DNA of 63,063 bases, counting the filler, from Phoronis australis (taxonomy: Eukaryota; Animalia; Phoronida): NCBI GenBank assembly GCA_002633005.1. It is 6 parts of 6 records of this genome, joined end to end, with 100 filler letters (N's around TTAATTAATTAA, not from the genome) between each part and the next. Parts side by side here need not be neighbours in the genome. Positions count along the whole stretch, not along the records: positions 55,116 to 59,176 come from NMRA01002723.1; positions 59,277 to 61,673 come from NMRA01003691.1; positions 61,774 to 63,063 come from NMRA01001818.1; 3 more parts are not named here. One strand, given 5' to 3'. Position numbers and translations under genes: made by a program. The notes under the pieces were generated by a model that was not told the DNA's origin, searched no databases, and worked only from the letters and a program-made list of their open reading frames with translations. Shown here in pieces: positions 55,601 to 63,063 of this stretch (position 1 is its first letter; each line of letters starts with the position of its first letter).

Positions 55601-56970
55601 TTTCTTTTCCTTTTCGATCGAATGTTGACCTTGACAACTATGAGACAGGTGTTCAAAAAACATCGTCTCTCAGTTATAAATATTGTTACATTCTAGAGTC
55701 CACTTTCCCTAGTAACACAACAAAGGTAAAATGTGTTCCAATGTCTCTTGTTTAAAAGTAACCTGCACTACATGTATCAGGATCACTAATTTTTACTTTC
55801 TGAAGAAGTGAGTTTATTTCAAAACTTCTACAGAAGGTCCTACACTGCAACCAATGTAATGAGCTATCCTACATTTCAAAGCTACATAATTGATGTTTGA
55901 CTATTTTCAGCTATCAGAACACCTGTATCTGCAAATTTCGGACTATTAGTTTATCACATTTTTGTAAATATCGCTGCATCCTGAATTGCATTAAACGGCT
56001 CAATAAAGATGCATAATTTGAATGAATGTCTCACTAAATTTCCACACCGACTTTGAGGGACCCATATTCTAAAATCTACAGTCTTTATAGAGTAAAAATC
56101 TTAGGCGTGGGGCCGGGGACAATAGAGAAAAGAAAGACTGCGAAATACGGATAAGAGAGAAAATTCTAAGTGAATATTTAACAACAGTGCATGGTTTACC
56201 TTCTGAGGACCCGCCCTGGTCAGGACATTGTTAGGGTTTCCGTTTTTGCAGCACAGGTCGTCTAAACGCACTTAAAAATGTGCGCGTAATCATTCATTCG
56301 CGTTACATGTATTTCGAAAAATCGAGAAAATTTGTAAAGCGAAGCTCTTGCGGAGCGTACTAACTTGATGCATTTTAAATTCAATAAGTTAGTTTGCGAA
56401 TGCGAAACTATATTTTTCCAGAGACCCCTCTGGCAAGGGATAACGGAGACAACATTTTTGTCGAAACTGCATATCACTTGAGAAAAATTGACAACCTGAT
56501 AGATAACATGAATTGCTGCGCATTTCCCGATTTTCTAAAAAATATACATATTTTCATATTTAGGGGCCCCGCCCTTGAAGGAGGGCATTGATGATATTCA
56601 AGTGGCCACCGTTTTTGTGTTTTTATTGACAAATTCTAAAGGGGCCGCACACGGAGAGAGGGCCTAATGTTGGAATCAATTACCTCCATTTTGCTGCTTT
56701 TTGTGAAATCGTGCAACCGGCTTTCATGTTGAAGGTCACTGCCTGCATCGTCGGGTACAACAGGAAATTGGAATGAAGTGTCAATCGTGTTCCAAGCTCA
56801 ATGATGTTTAACCTTTCATCTTAAGGTGTCCCATTTCAGATAGGACCCTCTCTCGGGGAAGCAGTTCAGGGGAAATGTCCCTTTGTCCCTCTATACATGT
56901 AAATCCGACACTGCCAAGAATTCCCGAGGGAATTTGAGATTCCAAATTCATCAAAAAAATACAAAACATT

Positions 56971-57094
56971 CAGTGGCGGATTTAGAGGGGGGCCAAGGGT
57001 CCATGGCCCCCCTAAAATTCTGCCAGATTCCATTAGGCAGTTCGGAGGTGCGAATGTCTGACGGGAAAAATCCTGGCTAATATGCTGCCCTGGC
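56971..57094 (+). mobile_element. Left end of a CAGTGGCGGA-type MITE, cut by a gap
   Basis: CAGTGGCGGATTTAGAGGGGGGCC..GGCCCCCC; same terminus family as 24551-25558. Confidence 0.65.
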
Positions 57095-59276
57095 NNNNNN
57101 NNNNNNNNNNNNNNNNNNNNNNNNNNNNNNNNNNNNNNNNNNNNNNNNNNNNNNNNNNNNNNNNNNNNNNNNNNNNNNNNNNNNNNNNNNNNNNNNNNNN
57201 NNNNNNNNNNNNNNNNNNNNNNNNNNNNNNNNNNNNNNNNNNNNNNNNNNNNNNNNNNNNNNNNNNNNNNNNNNNNNNNNNNNNNNNNNNNNNNNNNNNN
57301 NNNNNNNNNNNNNNNNNNNNNNNNNNNNNNNNNNNNNNNAGTTAGAAAATTCTGTAATCCGGGTGGGCATTGGGGGTTCCGGGGGTGGGGTTAACGGAGT
57401 TGGTGGTGATGGTGGGTGGGGGGGGGTAGTTTGGCGAAGTCGAAATGGTGCTGTAGTGGGGCGTTGGCGCACGTAAGCGTAGCCAACCACCTTTCGGTAC
57501 TTGCCAACGGCATAGCGCCTACCCACCGTAAGTTGCGTCCAGTACTCAAGGTGATACGGAGGGCTTTGGGCACCTACTTCCCTCTACAGCACTGGTAAAA
57601 AGATCGTGTTTACGGTTCATGTGAGAAAAAAATCCTACATTCGTCTCAGATTTATGACTCAGCAAACTTCCAGGAAATTTCGCCAAAATTCCTCGGCAAG
57701 CCTAGAGATTTTGACGAAATTTCCAAGAGGTTTTGCCGATGTCATAAACCTGAGACTCGTGTAGGATGTGTCATTGAGATTATTTCCCTGCAGGTATAAC
57801 TGGCCATTTAAAAAACGATCTGCTTCATTTACTTTTTTAAAGACTATACCTGAGGCGCACATGGTCAGACTTGCCACTTGTTACGTTACATTCCATGAGC
57901 AATAAATGTATCAAGTTAGACTATTTGTCGTCATGAAATTGGTCCAGTCAAATTCAAACGACTGCCGATAAGACCCAGGTCTACAAATGACTTCCCACGG
58001 CGGCTTCAGTCAAGTAACTTGAACGCGCGGAGCATGGCCTTGAGAAGTAACGCCAGAAATTGTCAGCTCTTTGCAAGTCCAGCTTCACATCTCAAGTGAA
58101 AAAGCAACAAACCGGGACCTATTTTATTGTAGTAGGTGGTCCGCTAAGGTGGAAGTTCCCTTTAGAAGGAGCAGGTTATTTAGACTTAGTGGCGTAATCC
58201 CAAGATTGAACTACTAAAAGCGCCAACAGTGTAGCAAACCTTACCATGGGTACCTATTGGCAACCCGGTGTCAAAACGATCAAGGATGGTGGCAGGAATC
58301 TTTGAGCATGTCGTTCGGTATTGGAATGTGTAAGAACAAAAACGTCAGGCAAAAGACTATGACTTCTAGGCCTGTGCACGCTCAACTTTTATTTGCAAGT
58401 GTGCAATGAACACATCTATATGCATGTGTAGATAAAACAACACTTGTTTTATTACTCTTACATGTACTGTAGTTCATTCTTTATACATCACAACATATAC
58501 TTAACGATATCACTGGAGAACAGTGGCAAAGAAAACCACCTCTCAACAAAGATGTTCCCGGGACGAGTTCCTATCGATCGACAGTTCAGTAGCTCAGTTA
58601 CTTTAAATTACCGATAACACAATTAGTTGCGACGAGCAACGCCCGACAATCCACATAACAATCTATGTATAACAAATCCGGGATTACAATCCCTAGAGAG
58701 ATGGTTTTTCTAGGCTGCCAATGTCCAGCGTATGTTTCGTTTTTTTCTACATCGTATACACTCTGAGGCTTCAAATCTCAAGTCAGCACATCACATCAAT
58801 TTCACTGACGGGACTATTCGTCAACAAACGGGGGCCTACTAATGACACTAAAATCACGTCTCTGGATTTTGCAGAAAGCAATAGTACACCTACTTGAACA
58901 GAATAGGAAAGTGTTAGCACTTAGTATGAACTGAAACTCTCCATGGATTGAAATTACAAAAGATGTAACAGAACAATCTCCATTAAGGACCAGTAGTGGA
59001 GACCCAAGTATTCTGGAAATCGCCTCCTCCTAAAGATGGCCGACAGAATACAGAACTTGCGACCTAGTCCATTCATATTTAGTCCCTTAATGTATATAAC
59101 GTAGATTTCTTCATAAATACACAATCTAGCAGGTAAGACAATGTAAACCACAAACAAGCAAGCACAAAAATATCTGNNNNNNNNNNNNNNNNNNNNNNNN
59201 NNNNNNNNNNNNNNNNNNNNTTAATTAATTAANNNNNNNNNNNNNNNNNNNNNNNNNNNNNNNNNNNNNNNNNNNN

Positions 59277-59477
59277 CTTTTCTACTACGAGATTAGTCAT
59301 AGTTCAGAGGTTAATAGTGGATGCCTCCTTGTGACAATTTTTGGCAACGAGCGGACAGAACACACAGGGGTCATTCAGGTGCATGAATTGACATTCATAG
59401 CCAACCGAATGGATGCCCTCTCTTTCCTGGAACCACAATGCTCTTGGCTCATGTGTGCTCCAAACACGCACCCCAAG
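59277..59477 (+). CDS. Possible coding exon of unknown protein (5' end in gap)
   Basis: 67 open codons from the gap edge, relatively GC-rich, ending AAG|GCGAGT (GC donor) followed by T-rich sequence. Confidence 0.3.
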
Positions 59478-59832
59478 GCGAGTTTTTTTTTTAAACCTGA
59501 CGATTAAGTAACCAATGCGTCGCCCTGATTTTGGAACAAAACAATTCCCACAGTTTTTTTATTACCGTCACCACACTATTCCAGCAGTTGGTGAAAAAAA
59601 AGACAGTCAAAAATCCATCCAAGCAAAAAACCACCGCGCACTCAGGAATACCTTCTTACCATGGTAATTTGGTGACTCACATGGACCAGTAAATTCTTTT
59701 TTTCCGTCCTCCCTTTACATTTTTGGTGACGTCAGTAAACCCGTGGTAAATCGGACAGTGAAGTTATTCATGTGTATAAGTTGCACAACATTTGCACGAG
59801 ATTTTGCTAGATTTACCGTATTCGCCGTAATA

Positions 59833-60305
59833 CAGGGCTTGGAATGACCAATGACAAAAAACGCGGAAACTTTTACGGCCCAAATCATGCCCGATAACGA
59901 GCCTTGAAATGGTCAATGTGAACCTTTCGCTGACAAAAATCGGGANNNNNNNNNNNNNNNNNNNNNNNNNNNNNNNNNNNNNNNNNNNNNNNNNNNNNNN
60001 NNNNNNNNNNNNNNNNNNNNNNNNNNNNNNNNNNNNNNNNNNNNNNNNNNNNNNNNNNNNNNNNNNNNNNNNNNNNNNNNAAATCCCACCACGCTGTCCC
60101 AGATGCCCCGGCAATGTTGACAATTTACGTTCCTCCGAAACATAAAGAGCAACTTCCGCTTTTCGAGGTGAACGTCGTCTGCAACGCCGCGGTAAGAAAG
60201 GAATTTGCCGCAGAAATTTTATATCAAATCCGATTTTTTAAAAAAGCGAAAAGCACATTTGAAAAAAGCGAAAATCCGTGTTTCCGCGGAAAATTCCAAG
60301 CCCTG
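59833..60305 (+). mobile_element. Second copy of the 6-bp-TSD hAT-like MITE, TSD GTAATA
   Basis: gtaata|CAGGGCTTGGAATGACCAATG ... TTCCAAGCCCTG|gtaata; homologous to 33408-33897. Confidence 0.9.
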
Positions 60306-61773
60306 GTAATAACCGCACAGGGCACTTAGAAAAGTTTGTGGGGGGCGCTTATTATAACCCAGGCCGTTGAAACCGGGTCTCCGAAACGGGTGGAATTGGA
60401 AGCTAAGATTCATCATATTTACGCTCTGTGATGTAGGCCTATCTGTAATCTATGAAAGACATTCTACAAACCGTGGTGCATTGCTATCAAACTTTGCTGC
60501 TAAATTACGATCATTTTACAGAAAATTGAGCTGAAATCCCAGGGCGAAAACTCGCCGAATGATTGCCTCACAATCGTCGATATGGCGACTTGAATGATTG
60601 AAAAAAATACAGTTTCGACTCAAGCAAATTACCTGAAATCCTCCTTAAGTTTTCCAAGTAGTGTCCCTAAGATTTTTAAATTTCCGCGGAGTTGGGATGA
60701 CGGCAGGTTTAAGTACAAATCTGTGCTACGTTGTGCCATCTACATGTATGAACGGCATCATGAGAAAAATGTCTGGACGAACACACATGTTGTTGTGAAG
60801 TGACATTTGTTTTGAAGTTCGTCTGCATTTGTGGAGTAAGCGAGCGCGTGCGTGTCACCAGAGTTCATTTGCCAAAGCAGAGACGGTCTTTTGGCCAGAG
60901 CCACGCAATCTAACGAGCTAGATGTGCATTGTATCTGCACAAGCAGTAGGCCTAAACCGAAGCGTGTTTCATTCAGCACTTGCTGGTCTTGTGCTAAAAA
61001 CGTTCGACATTTGTCTCGGTAAGGCCCATATTAGTCGCCGTGTGGCTGGATGCGTACGTGACTATCTGACAGTTATTATTCGGTGTAAGGGTGTGTAAGC
61101 ATTCACTGTCAGTGGTCATTTTATAGGATATTTGGCTTAAAAACACCAATTATGGTTAATCAAACAATTCATCTTAAAAATAACCCAACCATTTTTCATA
61201 GTATTAGAAACTGTCGGAAATTAGTGCCAATATTCATTTCTTGCCGATGCTATGCTACCCGTTTCATGAATGGATAGTTCCCGACTAATGTCTTTGATGT
61301 CAAGTTCATGCATGTGGCGCTCGCTTTCTGGCCACGTGCTTTTAAAACTGCCAAGCTTTTTCTTAGTCTTCGATTCGCCGTTTTCACATTGAAAGCGGGA
61401 AATATCTACAAAGCAATCCCGTAGACAAGTACACTACTTCTGCTCTGAAAGGCCCAACCATTAGACCTCGCAAGATCAGCAGAACTTTTGTGTTAATCTT
61501 GATGCATGGCGGAAGTTTGAAGTGTATAGTCATGGCTAAATACCGAAATAGCGGTGAGGCTCGTAGTCTACAAATTCTGCGCACGATTTTTTTTCAAGAC
61601 TGTTGGATATTATTGATAAATAGAAGACATTACTGTAGAATTTTAGGACTGTAAGTAAGGCATTTTTCGCACGNNNNNNNNNNNNNNNNNNNNNNNNNNN
61701 NNNNNNNNNNNNNNNNNTTAATTAATTAANNNNNNNNNNNNNNNNNNNNNNNNNNNNNNNNNNNNNNNNNNNN

Positions 61774-62998
61774 TGTAGGCACCTATTAGTGAGGTGACGC
61801 TATCCTCCCGTTTTCAGATGGATTCGACATAGTTTGCATCACCTAGTGGCCATTTTTAGTGATTCGAGTCTGTTTTTGTGCGTCCACCCCTCTATCAACC
61901 AAACCGCTCGAAGGATGATTGTGAAAATTGGCATGTATGTGCTTACTATAAAGAAGACAGCTGACAATGGTTTTCAGACGATTTGGACTACTGTGGCGCC
62001 TCCTAGTGGTAGTTTTTTTTTTGCGCCTATGGCTGTATCTCCTAAACCGTTCGCAGGATCTTTACGAAATTTAATAAGTGTATTTATATGATATTAACAA
62101 CAGACGATGACGGCTTTTGGACGGATCTGCCTACCAGTGTGCCCCCTAATGGCAATTTTATTTTTTTACGTTTACCTCTGTATCTTCACAAGTCCTTAAC
62201 GGATTTTTATGAAATTTGGTATGTAGGCACCTATTAGTGCGATGACGCTATCCTCCTGTTTTCGGATGGATTCGACCTAGTTTGCGACACCCAGTGGCCA
62301 TTTTTATTGTTTTTTGAGTCTTGTTTTTGGCGTCCACCCCTCTATCAACCAAACCGCTCTAAGTATGATTGTGAAAATTGGCATGTATGTTCTTACTATG
62401 AAGAGGACGGTTGACGCTGAATTTCCCATTACTTTGATTACTGTGGCGCCTCCTAGTGGCAGTTTTTTTTGCGTCCATGGCTGTATCTCCCAAACCATTT
62501 GCAGGATCTTTAATAAATTTAGCGAGTGTATTTATGTGATGTTGACAACGGACGACAACTTTAGGATGATTCTGACTACCGGTATGCCTCTAGTGGAAAT
62601 TTTAAGTATTTTACATTGCCCTCTGTATTTTCATAGGTCTTCAGATGTATACTTTGTGTTACTTCGTGACTGTGAAGGAAAAGTTCCAAGTAGAAATTAG
62701 TTTCTGGCATTCTAATGCTGTGCTAATCTCGTATGTTGGTAAATTTGTTTTTAATTATATGTTTCTGTGGTGCTTGAAGCAACTGATGTATAGGATGTGC
62801 TTGCATTATGAAGATCACTCACATTTTGCCCCTTAGCCTATTGAGGAGACAATGACCATGCCTTTCCATTTTACAAAGTACAACATACTACATATATGCC
62901 CTCTACTGGCCACTTTATGGTACCAATAAACAACCCTAGAAGGATACCGTATGCGGTGCAATTGTGGGCGAATTTCAATGCTCTGCGTTGCTCTTGTT
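61774..62998 (+). mobile_element. HINE-like repeat family 2, longer copy with ~448-bp higher-order unit
   Basis: 61774 and 62222 start the same unit. The tail is near-identical to 47480-47881, including the terminal hairpin. Confidence 0.78.
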
Positions 62999-63063
62999 TA
63001 GCTTGCTTTAGTCCCCACAATAACCAAAGTTTTCAGATGTTATTAACATTTTGATCAAGAAAT

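Noticed and set aside
57659-57877. 72-aa ORF and other 60-130 aa ORFs in the track
   Set aside because: No recognisable domains or splice-consistent partners; expected by chance or within repeats.
59352-59392. NTQGSFRC as a calcium-binding EGF motif
   Set aside because: The other cysteines are missing and a stop follows two codons later.

Overview
AT-rich, intron-containing eukaryotic DNA, most likely from an invertebrate animal. The draft scaffold has several N gaps, five artificial TTAATTAATTAA linkers, and three duplications joined by a single N that look like collapsed haplotypes. Genes were reconstructed by hand from splice sites. (1) Two tandem + strand paralogues encode small secreted proteins: signal peptide, one group-A SRCR domain, then TSP1 repeat(s) (~14.1-18.9 kb and ~25.8-31.5 kb). 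(2) The 3' exons of a ZMYND15/MSS51-family gene lie on the - strand (32.9-37.0 kb). (3) Two exons of a SAMHD1 orthologue lie on the - strand (38.8-40.6 kb). (4) There is an isolated short-chain dehydrogenase exon (52.4-52.6 kb) and one possible orphan exon. Most of the rest is transposon-derived. It includes a 9-kb head-to-tail array with Helentron/HINE architecture, a second HINE-like family carrying arrays of CTCF-type motifs, hAT-like MITEs with 5- and 6-bp TSDs, and Harbinger-like MITEs. There is also a decayed CR1/L2-group LINE interrupted by a TIR element, a decayed Academ-like foldback element, a 229-bp near-perfect palindrome and a long (GT)n tract. No rRNA, bona fide tRNA or CRISPR array was found. 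Family assignments come from recalled motifs, not database searches.
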